Of a stretch of DNA of 64,000 nt, positions 13,301-25,627 are shown in pieces. The stretch spans positions 262,415 through 326,414 of the forward strand of contig NW_002060966.1 in NCBI RefSeq assembly GCF_000150275.1, in the 5' to 3' direction. The notes beneath the pieces were generated by a model, which was given only the letters and a program-made list of their open reading frames with translations, searched no databases and was not told the origin of the DNA. The first letter of the stretch is position 1. Each line of letters opens with the position of its first letter. Made by a program: the position numbers and the translations under genes. The stretch is from Trichoplax adhaerens. Lineage: Eukaryota > Animalia > Placozoa.

Positions 13301-15514
13301 ATTGCATTTGGCATTGACTACTGATTCTAATAGCAATTTATTATTTGAATTACTATGGATAATGGAATGAATTTTGCCTTATTCAGCGGAGGCTAATTTT
13401 ATGAACGGATACCTTCCTTCTTTTAAATGCATCCTACAACTTGCTCCATCTGAAATTGAGTATTATACTCGTACTAGCGAAGTATCGCTGGACAACAACT
13501 AGTATGGTAGATGGATATTTTAGTCGATACTATTCTTCATAGGTAAGCGTATCCATTAAGCAAATTATAGATGCCTTCGTATGGTTGTAGGATGGATATG
13601 GCATAGCAGGAATCAACTACGCTGTCCAGACTCACTGCATATCATACTCTTAATGTGGGTTGTCGATCCTAATCAGCAGACTCGAAAGGCGCCTACTCGA
13701 CGATAGACTTGTCAATTACTCTAATGGCATAACTTAAAATTCTCTCTTAATATTAAATGTATTAAGTGTGTTATAAAATGAGAATTTGAGCATTTCTGGT
13801 AATTACTAGCTGCGTATGAACATGTGAAAGATATGATTTTACTTGTAAACTAAGCCCGCTAAGCCGAAGAATGTTTAGCTAAGTTGCACACCGCAGGATC
13901 GCCGGGGTAGGCTTGGCCTTCCTTGTCCCCTATGGACCAGCGCTGTTGCACGCTGCAGATCGTGAGCACGAGGTCCCTAGCACAAACTATCCTACCAATT
14001 TGCTCGTATAGTCTATTGGGTTATAGCGGAAAGGACAAAAAAAATTATTATTGATGGCCCTTTGTAATGTCATTTGATGCAGAAACTTGGTGGTATTCCT
14101 TCTATCCATGATACGTAAACACGTCCATTATAATAATAAAATGATAATGATTGTCAGTGTGATACTTTTCAGATATGCTGGTCAATTTCTCCCACTGTAA
14201 GCGGACGGAGGCGTAGTAGTGAGCAGCATTTGAGTTCATTACAAGATGGACTTTAAATCGTTTTTTAAGTGTACCATACGACCATTTTTTCTTGATCATC
14301 TCAACTTTTCAGCGGTAAAATTGATCAAAGTGACTCGCCAACCAATTGAAATAGTGATGATCAAGAAATTGAGATGTACCCTGTGGAAGGGATTTTGAAT
14401 AGGCTTTCATTAGACATTTTAATTTAATATTAGTCTGGTGAAATGAGTGAGAGTGGTTGCACCTACTGGAAATGGCGCTCGATTGAGACTAGCGTTCGAT
14501 TAATATACGTTTACGTGAGCGTTTACCTTGTAATGTACGGGCATGAGAGGAAATGATGTACTCAGCTTTTGCCAGTTTCTCAATTTAGAATGCACATAAT
14601 CAGTCTGGTTTTCAGATAAGTCATACACAGTTGTTCATCAGAGCAAATTGACTGTTGCCATGCATGGTTGACTACACCACTTTTCGTAAGAAAAATTGTT
14701 GCGCACGTTGCCATAAAATATTCCTATTGGCGCGTTACTGTACTGTACTGTAACTTACTCAAGAACAGTCGACTCAAGACAACTGCGGATATACCATTGC
14801 TTAGTCATTTGCTCTTCTATCATGATAAGCGCTGGATTATTAGCATACGACTAGATCAGTCACTAGTAGCCTTCTTCAGTATCGTCCATTCAATCTCATG
14901 TTCAACCTTCATTAATTAACTTGCATCTTCTACCAGCAATGACAGAGTCACACTAAAGTACTGTATTGCAACCAATTGGAAATACGGTAGTTTTACTTTT
15001 CTACCGTCAAGGATTTTACTGTACTGTACAGTATATTAATCACAATTCATGAATAACGATGCAATAATTGCATGGAATTTCTTTAATTTTCGATCAGCGA
15101 AGAACAGAGCAAATGCAGTCGCTTAAAAGATGCTTTAAAAGTCTTCTTCATTCTCTTTATGAGTTCAACAGTTGCGTATCACCCATACCGGGAATGCTGA
15201 ATATAAAAATCGATAGGAAACTGTATACGACGTCGTGCATTCATTGAGTTACTCTACTGTATTCAAATCTACTAGAAACCATGCCCAAATGAAGAATATC
15301 ATTCTATTTGATGTATCAGTAGGACAGCTAGAAACTCAGTATCCAAAGTAACTTATGCAAAATGGCTACGGCTAGCGTACAGCAATGTTTCCTATCCGAT
15401 GGTATTTTCATCAAGTTCAAGAAAAGTATAAATTGCAATTTATTGCTCTCGATGCCACCATTTTTATCCCTCTAGTCAAGTCAAAGATTAGGAAATGTGT
15501 TCATGTCGGTATAA

Positions 15515-16270
15515 ACTAGTGTATTTGCACGATGGTTTTAGTTCCATTTTGCCAGTTGAAAGGGTACACTAGGACTACTGTATGCAGTACAGTAGAGTAT
15601 TGAACATTGTTTTCAAATAGGTATCCGTCTTTCCGGCCATCTGTCAAAGGACCGTACACTGAGTGTCTGAGTAGAGTATTGAACATTGTTTTTATTAAAT
15701 AGGTATCCGCCTTTCCGTCTATCCGTCGAACATTGGTTTCAAACAGGTGTCCGTCTTTCTGGCCATCCGTCAAAGGACCGTACGCTGAGTAGAGTATTGA
15801 ACATGATCTTCGAATAGGCATCCGTCTTTCTGGCCATCCGTCACAGGACAGTACACGACACAGAGTCCCAGTGTAGTACATTTGGACAGATACACAGAGG
15901 TATCCATCTTTCTGGCCATCCGTCAAAGGACCGTACACTGAGTAGAGTATTGAACATTATCTTCGAAGAGGCATCCGTCTTTCTAGCCATCCGTCACAGG
16001 ACAGTACACAGAGACTCTACACAGAGTCGAGTACAGCACATTTGGACAGATATCAAATAGGTATCCGTCTTTCTGACCATCCGTCAAAGGACAGTACACA
16101 CAGTCCAGTACAGTACATTTGGACAGCAGTCCAATAACACCATGAGCAAAAGCGACAAAAAGTCACGCAGTGTAAAATAGGTTAAATGCACACCTGAATG
16201 GGATACACTACTATGTCAAGTTACAAGCTCTCTACTGTAAGTACTGTAGCCGCCAGATCGAGCGGACGAT
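15515..16270. mobile_element. Possible non-autonomous Helitron/Helentron-associated (DINE/HINE-like) element containing the minisatellite
   Basis: Begins AAACTAGT, has internal tandem repeats and CAGTA runs, and ends with TGCACACC..TGTCAAGTTACAAGCTCTCTACTG..GCGGACG, which recalls the conserved tail of invertebrate HINE-like elements (recalled resemblance only). Confidence 0.3.
15590..16130 (+). repeat. Complex minisatellite: 7 copies of a ~40 bp core separated by two types of spacer
   Basis: Core GGTATCCGTCTTTCTGGCCATCCGTCAAAGGACCGTACAC at about 15620, 15702 (truncated), 15746, 15816, 15899, 15970 and 16060. Spacer A resembles TGAGTAGAGTATTGAACATTGTTTTCAAATA; spacer B resembles (GACA)CAGAGTC..GTACATTTGGACAGATA. 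ORF 15516..15938 is a translation of this repeat. Confidence 0.9.
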
Positions 16271-16300
16271 TGTTTCCAGCTGGATATCCTAGTTACAGCC

Positions 16301-19300
16301 ATGCCGGAAGGTAAGTTTGATGGCTGCCTGAAGAAGGCTAATGTTGATCGTCTTGATTTTACTGGATTGCATCAAATGGATAACATGAATCGTTTAAGAT
16401 GCCATTTGATGCATTTTCTTTTATATCCATAGTTCAAAATGAACCGTTTTCCAACCCCATTGCTCCTCCAACCTTTCATAGGGGTGAATCGAAGGAGGAA
16501 AAGTAGGTGCTACCATAATTGCCATAGTGCGTTTCGTAGTCGGCGATTCGCTTAGTCGATGCAACATCCATTGCTCGATATCAACAGGACGATTGAGATA
16601 GCGATGACATTGATAGTAGAATCATGCAGAGCATGTCGTAACCTAATTAAAACGGTAGAAAGGATAACGGTTATAGTGACTGATTCATTTTACTTTCGTT
16701 GTTTTAAAGGCTGACGAATGACGACTTTCGTCGTATGTTGATGACACCACGTCCAAAATCCTCCGAATTCTCCACGTAAGCCATAAATGTGTCTTGCTAT
16801 CCATCTTATATAAAGTGTCAATTTGCTTGTAAACCGTATGATTCATCAATTTAGCATAAGTAAGAAAGATGAGAAAGATACTGCTCAAATTAAACGTCAT
16901 AAAAAAAAGAGGTAATGCAATCGTGATGGTAACAATTATTTTAAACTGCATGTTCTTTCCTTGATAACTTGCCTGGGTTAACTTGGTACCGTATAAACTT
17001 TCAATACCGATTAACTTTATTTTAAATTCATGTTCTATACAGTACTATGCAGTAGAAGTAGAGCAGTTGCTTTGAACTTTGCGTCATGACACTTTTTATG
17101 ATGTTTACCAGTTGTGATATTGCAGTAAACAGGACAACCAGACTAGCAAATCAATGTGTTATAACTTTAAATTATTGTTTCTTACTTTATTCAGCACGAC
17201 TCAATTTGCCAAAGAAAAAAGTGAAGAAGATCAATGGAAAAAGGAAATTGCCAATAAATATCGCGATAGAGTATGTATTCATAAATATAAATGTAGTAAA
17301 GACACAGCCATGCCGATATTCTCATCCGTAAAGTAGAAATAGTCTTATTCTACTGTAGAACAGCAGTAGGCAACAATTAGAGAGGGTCTCCCTTGGATCG
17401 TTCTTATAATACTGTAATAATAAGTCATAGAAACATACAAAGTATACTCCTTTTAGCGATGCATACGATTCATGATTTGTGAACTAGCGTACAGCAAAGC
17501 AAACACCGTCATTTCTTTATCAACTGGATTGTAAGCGACGATTTTACCTAAGAATCATATTTTTATTGTACACGATACTATCCAATCAACGCACGCAGGC
17601 TAAAGAGAGACGCGATGGGGTAGATACAGATTATCAGAATGCAGCATCTCATACTGATACGAGATACAGAACGATTGGGCCATTAGGCGAATCAGGGTGA
17701 GTAGTTTTACTTTTGCAGTTACGTCCAATAGCTGTTATATGTCATTTCCTCAAATAGCACTCCAAAAGCGATATATCAATGCAGTCATTATTACAAAATG
17801 TTACTATAACATATTTCAGAGATAGCGCTGCTGAGAGACGTATAAAGGAAATTCAGGAAAGTAAATATCTTGGTGGTGATATGGAACATACTCACTTGGT
17901 GAAAGGTCTCGATTTTGCATTACTGCAAAAGGTTTGCAAACATATCATAACATATCATAACGGATAGTACAGAATACTTCGTCTAGAGTTCATATACTGA
18001 TATCTCTGATATCAAATAATGTACAGCTAAATTGCTACTTGGTGATACATATTCAAATGTTTACAGCCACTCTAAATAATCTGATTATCATGTGATAATT
18101 TAAAGGTACGAGAGCAAATGACTACTGACGAGCGAGATGAAATTATAGAAGAAGAGGACTTGTCAACCCAAAATAAGTATGTTCATCTCCCTACTATGAA
18201 ATTATTCACAAAGGACTTTGTTCATTTAATTCTTACAATGTAATTACCTACAACCAATAAATTGTCAGAGTTAAGCAAGTTGAAACTGAAGAGATTTCAT
18301 TTCGAACAAGATTAGGTAAGAAATGTGCATTTTAGTTTACTATTATGTCTTAGCAATACCGCACCCGTTAGCTATCTTGGCAATCTCAACTTGACTGTCA
18401 TAGGATCTAGGATTAATGTATTATAAATCTTTTCATCAACTTTAGCCAAAAATATTCATAATATTGTTTTTAAATCTTCGCTACCGCTACGAAACGAGTT
18501 CTTTGCTTCTGGAAGAATGGTAAGCCTTCTTCTTATGTAAATAGATTAAATCATTTGGGCATCAACGTACTCCACTCATAATTATATGCTAACTATTTTT
18601 GTAGGCTTACGCAGTTGATTTGAATGATGATGAAGGCGAGAGTGATATTCCGACTACAATTATTCGAAGTAAAGCTGATTTCCAAAATGCTGAGGTTATT
18701 GTTTTACCTTTGCTTATCATGTATTTGGAAACCGTTGCAAGTCTCTCCAGTATGCCATAATAACTTTTTCCCTTATTTTGATTGCAGACACAAAGTGATA
18801 TTTCAACCAATGACATTGTAATAAATAAGTTAACGCAGATATTGGCTCACCTAAGGCAAGGTTTACGAAGCAAAAAACTGAAGAAGAAGGAAAGAGCTGG
18901 TAAAGAACATGTTACAGCACATTCTCAGGAAAGACCTAAAGTGATAGCACCGGAAGGGAACATGAGGTATCAATGTGTGCTTGTAATTTCTTTTTTTGTT
19001 AACTAAAGTATGAGCAACTTATAATGTAATTGTCAATTTTCATTTCTACTCTTTGGAATTGCGCAGCATTTTCGATGACGTTGGATCGGATTATTTACTT
19101 GACTTAAAGTCAAAGAAAGACAAGAAAAGTCATCAAATGCAACCCGGTACATATTTTAAAAAGCCCGTCGACGATAACAATGACAAAGACGACGAATTTA
19201 TGACGATATCATCCAAAGATTATGTAAAAAAAATAACAGAAAAATTTTCCAAAAAGGAGGTTAATATCAATTTTGAGGATTGAAAATTTTGTGATATCGT

Positions 19301-20536
19301 AATATGATAACTCATATAAGTTATTCGTACCTTTGAATTGTGGTCAACTATTATTGCCGACGCTAAGAACCGACAACAGCAAAACATAAAGTGAGTGGAT
19401 GTTCTGTATTAAAATCATACAAAATTATTTTGCTGTACACTCTCTAAATATTATTACACTTCACAAAAATTTATATAATATCGTTCTCAATTTACATTTA
19501 CAATACCTAGAGCGAAAGCTAAGACGGTTCCAGCGAAGAAAAATCAAGGTGTTGGTAGTAGCTTAGACTATTACGCCGAATGCTATCCTGGGTATGTAGT
19601 TACATCGGAATTAACTCATCATGAAATAATGCGTGTTGCACAGAATGACTAAATTACGATATTGTTTTATATTGGATTACATATTGCAGTGCTATGGAAG
19701 TAGATGATGCCATGGCTGATAGCGATGAAGAAGCTGACTATTCGAAAATGGACATGGTAATATTAAATGTGTCTAAATTATGTTACTCTGTGTTAATATC
19801 AGAAGCTACCACAGCTTGTGATATGTCAATAACCGAGTTGAAATCAATAAATATACATCATTTTTATTTCAGTTATTAAAAATTGTCAATTAAAATTGTA
19901 ACATAGGGTAATAAAAAAGGTCCTGTTGGCCGATGGGATTTTGAAAATGAGGAAGATTACAACAAGTACATGGAAAAGCGTGAAGCTCTACCAAAGTATG
20001 CTACAGCTTTTGTAGTACTTTATATTGCAGTACTAGCTCTACTTATCACCATATCTATGATATGCTGATCATTGCTTGTCATTCCAGCGTAGCTTTATTT
20101 AACCTTTGAATCATATTTGTAGAGCTGCTTTCCAGTTCGGAGTCAAGATGGCTGACGGAAGAAAAACTAGGCGTCAAGGTGTAAAAGATGATAAATCAAA
20201 GTTAGATCGTGAATGGCAGCAAATCTCTAACGTAATCATTGTTTAATTTTCTTAGTTTGAATTATGTAACATTTGCTGTAAACGTACTATGAAACGCACA
20301 AATCAGAAAATTGATGGTGTTTTATTTTATTTGGATAACAGATCATTAAAAAGCGCAAGGAAATGGGTACCGGAGGTCCCGTAAGGTAATAATGGCTCGT
20401 AATATTGATTTGCAGTAATGTGGGGTTCGATACTCGGATATTTAGATTAGGGTAACAATATTCCTGGTAATGAATGCAATATTCTATTCTCTGTTTATTT
20501 AGTGGAAGTGCTAAGAAATTGAAGGAAAGCGACTAA
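16301..20536 (+). CDS. IK: Protein Red (IK), spliceosomal B-complex protein
   Basis: Spliced exons give MPE|VQNEPFSNPIAP..LTNDDFRRMLMTPR..KYRDR|AKERRDG..QESKYLGGDMEHTHLVKGLDFALLQK|VR..DIPTTIIRSKAD..TNDIVINKLTQILAHLRQG..YAECYPG..DSDEEADYSKMDM|GNKKGPVGRWDFENEEDY..REALPK|AAFQFGVKMADGRKTRR..LDREWQQIS. These are the RED_N and RED_C signatures. ATG at 16301, TAA at 20534-20536. Confidence 0.97.
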
Positions 20537-20599
20537 AAAGAGTTGTCTGTTACTATTCCCTTTATATCACCTAAAGTTGTCCGATTTAAGTTAAGTCAT

Positions 20600-21700
20600 C
20601 TTTCCCTAGATTACTTCGCTGACAAGTAACTATGGCCTTGTTTATGCACTTATGTCAACATAAACCACAGCATAGGACTGTTGATGTAAATAGAGTAGGA
20701 CTTTAGCCTTGGCAATGCAACTGAATGTTTCAATGTGTATTTGAACGTTACCTTGTATTTATATGGACGAAAATATCTTTTATGCCTCACGACCGTTTGT
20801 GGTATATTAAAGTTAACTGTAATTCTACCATTTTTAAATAAATTTGTAAACTTGCTGCTATGGAACCATTTAGCGTAAAACCCTTCATAGTTGAAACTCA
20901 CAAGATTAATTGGATAATTTATCCTGAAAATTTCTTGTAAAAATAACTGTAAACGAAGAAAGTAATGTAATGGGTGATATATTCTCATACATATTTGGAA
21001 TACTGACTCTAATATCTACTACTTTATCTATTAGTAACTTAAACCGATGAGGTGCTGAGATAGATCCTGTCATTGAGTAAATGTATTCTTTCTACAAAAC
21101 ATAGCCTCTTGTTAACGATCCTTAAATGGTGTGAATACGTTCGCAAATGGATTTATGCAATACAGTCATACCTTACAGTGGGTGACGGTGCTTGGCATGT
21201 TTGATTCTGTTTGTTTCAATTGTAATTTGTTGATTACTCTATTTCTTTGAAATAACTCGCATAAAACATAAAATCTATATTTGTTAAGTGCTCTACACTA
21301 ATATCCATAGCAATGTTCGTCGATGGGTCTTGCACTCGTATTCTGTTTTGGACTCTTGGTACTTAATCGACGATCCTTGGTTTACAGTAAACTATGAGAC
21401 TGCCCGTTCTAGTTAAAATTTCAAACCAAACGTATTTAACATTTGAAATGCAATAATATAGATGTTCGTTTATCTGAGGCTTTGAATTTACCATGATGCC
21501 ACAAAAAATGTACAATAATAAGGCTCCATCGTACAGAAAGCATAGAGGTATTGCTTTTATTAGACAATTTTATCAGCGGAATATTTAACGAAAAGCGTAC
21601 GATAGTAAGGCTTCATCGTAAATCAGGTGTACTGTAAAGTAAGATGCCGAAGAAGAAAAGTAAGGAAGACTCGTTGTGCAAGTCATGAACACGCATGTAC
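20600..21700 (-). pseudogene. Decayed paralog (P1) of the multi-TM GRL-like family
   Basis: Broken frames give FLYDGAFIIVHFLWHH (cf. FTIRNITLVAVTFWHL in 22683-24968), LCELFQRNRVINKLQLKQTE (cf. IQKQFQTFKTSTINEESIWMKEIE) and APHRFKLLIDK (cf. QPTKFSIFIMLCDK). Many stops and frameshifts. Confidence 0.5.
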
Positions 21701-21889
21701 ATACGCTATTACACTGTACTATATACTCTAATAGAAATTTGGATCAACTTCCAGCGATACAGGTGCACATATGTATATGTTAAAGTCCGAAATACAGTAA
21801 TTTCACTTAAATTTTTGGGCTTTAGCCGGATATAATGCATAATGGCCGATTATGGGTTTTGGCCGCAACCTATATAATAGAATACAAAT

Positions 21890-22300
21890 TACAGACTCAA
21901 TATAATCTTCATACACCACCAACTAATCAATACTGCAATTTCACAGTGTTTTGCTTATGGAGCTTAAGGTCTCAATAAAGAAAGCTTTTTGTTCAGTATA
22001 TAAGTTTACCTGAATATATTGACTTTTCTTAGAATTAAAAATTATAATTGCAATTGCTTAGCCTACTTTACCAAGAACAAATTCAGTATTTACCTATGTT
22101 TATCACTTTTACTACACTTTACCCATCAGAGTGTTCGAGTGAAGCTCTATACCACAACAAAATTGGTTATTGACTTCAAAATATACCTGCATTAGTTTAT
22201 ATCATGCATGATACATCTGCAAGTTTTGATTCTCCATTTCTTACTGATACTATTAAATTTCCTATCATTTCTAATCATATTATAATTTTAATTGTCAAAG
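21890..22300 (-). pseudogene. Fragment (P2) of the 3' half of the same family
   Basis: Patchy co-linear nucleotide similarity to 33370-33690, including an exact 16-mer ATACCTGCATTAGTTT at about 22183 and 33668. Translates VLISWWCM (cf. IITNF*CI and LIINYW). Confidence 0.4.
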
Positions 22301-22573
22301 GTTTCACCTCAAATGAGGATGGAATCGCCGAAACTGAACCTAATTCAAATTTAGCCAGTTATAGCTGATTTTTGCTTTCTATGAGAAATCATTCAGTTGC
22401 TCTTGGCCTGCATGTGATACAACTGCAGCGAAAATTTCTACGGTACTATTATTTCAGTAAACAGTGCTATCGCTTCCAAGCTTGTTCAAATTCTCCAACC
22501 AAGTATACTAATACGAACCTCCTTACAGATATTGACTTTAATTTTATTTAACATCTCTTTAAATTATAGGATA

Positions 22574-22700
22574 CTAGTACAAACTCCCGTCGCTTTGCTG
22601 ACGGTTTACGATAATGTGCTCATTTAACAGATAGTATTACCATTTGTCGTACTCAGGTAGACCTGTCAGAGGTTCAGTAACTTTATACCGTGTACTGTGT
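22574..22700 (-). mobile_element. Helitron 3' terminus, copy 1 (intact)
   Basis: Minus strand reads CCGTCAGCAAAGCGACGG (hairpin, 22604-22587), 9 nt, then CTAG (22577-22574) followed by T: the canonical Helitron 3' end. The upstream 70-125 bp are shared with three other copies. Confidence 0.8.
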
Positions 22701-24968
22701 ACTATGAGGTAGTGCGCCTATATATGAATCTGAGGAATATTGCTGAGCGCAATCATAGCCGCAGCAGCAAAGTATTAGCTTCGTAGCGTCCGCAAGTCCA
22801 TTTACAACAGCACCTTCACTAGTTCCGAACGCAAGTGCTTTTTCATCAATCCATTTCCACATTTTTTGGCACAGAGCCAGGCTCGAATCTCGGCTAATAC
22901 TGTTTGCCCATTTATAACAAAGCCAAGTTGTGCATGGTAGGTACCATATAAAAACACAAACTTTATAATAGAACCACTCTAAGGAGTCGAACGTGTAATA
23001 CCATACAACCACTTCTGTGTATACCAGCAGGAAAATACAATGAAAAACAGGGATTCCAAGGAGTAGCAATTTTACCGCATTGCAGTCATCACCAATATGT
23101 TTGAGTAAAAATCTTTTATCAATTTCTATCTCTTTTTTCTCTTCTGTATATAGGGCTTCTGCAGCTTCGCGTACANNNNNNNNNNNNNNNNNNNNNNNNN
23201 NNNNNNNNNNNNNNNNNNNNNNNNNAAAATAAAGCGATTACCCTTGCTTTTATCGCAAAGCATAATAAAGATGCTAAATTTTGTAGGTTGTTCAATTTTC
23301 TTTTTTGGATCCTTTTCTTGAGAATTTAATAGGATCTTATAGATTGCACTCTTAAAATCTACTTCAATAATCTCTGTATTCCCTGTAAAAGCATATAGAT
23401 CGTGTATTATAAATTTGATACAAAACTACCACTGGTAAAACTTATTTGTACACATGCAACTGATATCTGACTAATCGTGGTATGTCAGCAAGTATGCATA
23501 TAGGCTGTAAAATGATATCCAATACAGTACTTATAATGCATATGTCACTACCCGAAATTATGATGTGATACAGTACCTGTAGCTTAATTTGATGCATTAG
23601 ATCATATTCAACTTATATACTGTACATACACACCCAATAAAGACAATTTAATGAATGTTATCATATTAAGATGGTTACATAAAAAAATTTATGGTAGTTT
23701 GTACCTTTGATGTCTTAAAAACTTGACTCAGAACCTCACGAGTTTAAGCTACTGTACATATATTCCCGTATACTTATTATACAGCTATACAATATATATA
23801 TATATCAGTATACAATCACCTTGCTGTACTGCTTTCGGTTCAAAATCCTTTAACAAGAAATCATCGGTATTCAATGAATTCGTAAATTTATTGAACTGTT
23901 CCGTAAGTTCATTAAGGCTAAGATGAAGTGTAGTTAATGCTGGATCTTTTGATTTGCAAAGTTTTTCCAATTGCAAAACGAATATAATAAAAACCGCTAC
24001 TGATGAAAGTAAGTTATACAAAAAATTAATTGTAATATTGTCTGCCTTGTTCTCCAAATGCTTTTTTGAATTGTCATTATTTAATGCAAAATAAGCATTG
24101 ACGCCTAGAGCTGTTGCCAAATAAAGGTTTATCCACGCCGTTCTCACTCTCTTTAGGGATTTTTTGCAGAACGTAGAACCCTTTTGAAAGTTTGACTTTC
24201 CCAAGTTCGAGTTCAATATATGTAAAAAATATGATGAATTTGCTAACGCCATAAATTCTGAAACTTTATACTTGATCATGAATGATAGATTTTGGCATTC
24301 TGAAATTCTCACAACAAGCTGCACTAAATTTAATAAGTGCCAGAAGGTTACAGCGACTAATGTAATGTTTCGAATGGTGAAAATTGAAAGACTACATCCA
24401 CAATTTAGTGATCCATTTAGTGTAAATAGTTCTAGAAAACTGATTTCTTTATTTTCTGATGCGATCCGTAATTTTAAGTTATTCGTACTATAAAAAGCAA
24501 TATTATCATACGTTAAGAGTTTGAGCTACGTTTTGAAAAGTAAACGTCGTCTTTGTTAAGCAAGGTATTGCTCAAAGGTAGCTGAGTCAAGTATACTAAA
24601 CTTAAGTACTTTTGAATTGAATACCTTGATCGTCTTAGCTGTTCATTCGCATTCTTATTTATTCTCGAGTCTTCCGCTGTATGCATACTAGCGACAATGA
24701 TTATAGCAAAAATCTCCAAAATAAACGCTACACTCAGATAAGAAACAGTTATCTGTTCTTCGTTCGTTGATGGTTTGGTTACGTTTGCAACCATTTTTAA
24801 TTTTCTAGCAGTGATATTAGTCTGATAGCAGGTATAGAATAAGACTGCATATAAGGTTAGTCCTAAATTCGCCATTTCAATTAGAATAAGAATGTTACGT
24901 ATAAAGTAATAGAAACGGTTCCAAAATCTTTTTAAGCATCCTAAAGAAGGCAAATATTTACGACCCAT
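22683..24968 (-). CDS. Apparently intact ~550 aa multi-pass membrane protein (G3); candidate divergent gustatory-receptor-like/7TM ion channel with two extra N-terminal TMs
   Basis: Exon 1 is 24968-24625 (344 nt, phase 2), exon 2 is 24487-23820 (668 nt, phase 1) and exon 3 is 23382-22683, interrupted by a 50-N gap at 23176-23225. Splice sites are GT-AG and phases are consistent. This joins ORFs 24513..24968, 23785..24324 and 22683..23069, with about 9 hydrophobic segments. The CDS is well supported; the family identity is inference. Confidence 0.75.
23176..23225. other. Assembly gap (50 N) inside G3 exon 3
   Basis: N run of placeholder length. Confidence 0.99.
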
Positions 24969-25396
24969 CTACAGTATGATATAGTATATTAATCAACCAC
25001 ATCTAAAATTTTGGGCAGCTAGTTAATACGTTCTGACACTTTCTGTCTCTTGTCGCTCAATACTACGGCATAGTAAAGTATGTAGGTTGATTACTCTCCA
25101 TTGCGATGTCTAACTGTGATATTGTTCAGACTTTTCCCACGTGCTAAAGCAATAAAAAGCTAATGTATTGAACTGTTAACTGCTTACTAGCTGGATCATC
25201 TGCATAAGCTTAGAACCATTGTGTCTATTCGATAGCGGAATTAACTACGCTTCTAGCGAAGACAACACAAAGTTGCATTTTGCATGATAATGCAGACTAT
25301 CAGCCTATAGATTGTACTGTATGCATTTCCCACTCTCATAGACCTGAACAAGTGAACATGGACCATTAGTCAGTTTCTAGTAGTCCATGACCTGAG

Positions 25397-25627
25397 GAAG
25401 GTTAAAACTAGTCAACGGTACAACGCTAGGATCAACTTGATCCTAACGCAATTCATCAAGATGCTGCTCGAGGCTCAAATTATGACCCAAAATACGCAGG
25501 AGAGACTGTCTTCATTCCAAGGATCCCCCACATTTTCCTCGAACCTGCGATATACTTTCAGCTTGTCCCGAACTTCCTGTTAACTTAATCCGACAGAATG
25601 CATCCAACTCGTTACTAGGGCTACAGT
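25397..25627 (+). mobile_element. Degenerate Helitron RepHel PIF1-helicase fragment, copy 1
   Basis: Frameshifted translation KLVNGTTL..LLEAQIMTQ(K)YAGETVFIPRIP..SSNLRYTF..LPVNL matches the Helitron helicase segment GLCNGTRL..IEAxILTGxxAGExVxIPRIxL..xLPFxFxRxQFPVxL. Confidence 0.8.

Noticed and set aside
13885-13985. tRNA, snRNA, SRP, HDV-like or twister ribozyme identity for the GC island
   Set aside because: The required pairings and consensus motifs could not be built by eye.
14040-15360. Possible decayed gene or TE ORF (ORFs 14102..14299, 14668..14919)
   Set aside because: No recognisable domain or consistent splice model.
15516-15938. 140-aa ORF
   Set aside because: Translation of the minisatellite.
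15590-16130. CRISPR-like repeat-spacer appearance
   Set aside because: The spacers fall into two related types rather than being unique, the repeats are degenerate, there are no cas genes, and the context is eukaryotic.
20420-20440. GGTTCGATAC B-box/tRNA-like motif in the last IK intron
   Set aside because: No cloverleaf or A-box.
21030-21095. EYIYSMTGSISAPHRFKL resembling a Helitron helicase motif
   Set aside because: No downstream LRN/NGTR motifs; it fits better as part of pseudogene P1.
21930-22020. Plus-strand similarity AISQCF..VYLN to P6
   Set aside because: AISKCY is off-frame in P6, and the nucleotide similarity to P7 favours the minus-strand reading; probably chance.
24272-24493. 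Plus-strand ORF pair 24272..24493 and 27286..27573
   Set aside because: Antisense shadows of G3/G4 exon 2; their similarity just reflects the duplication.
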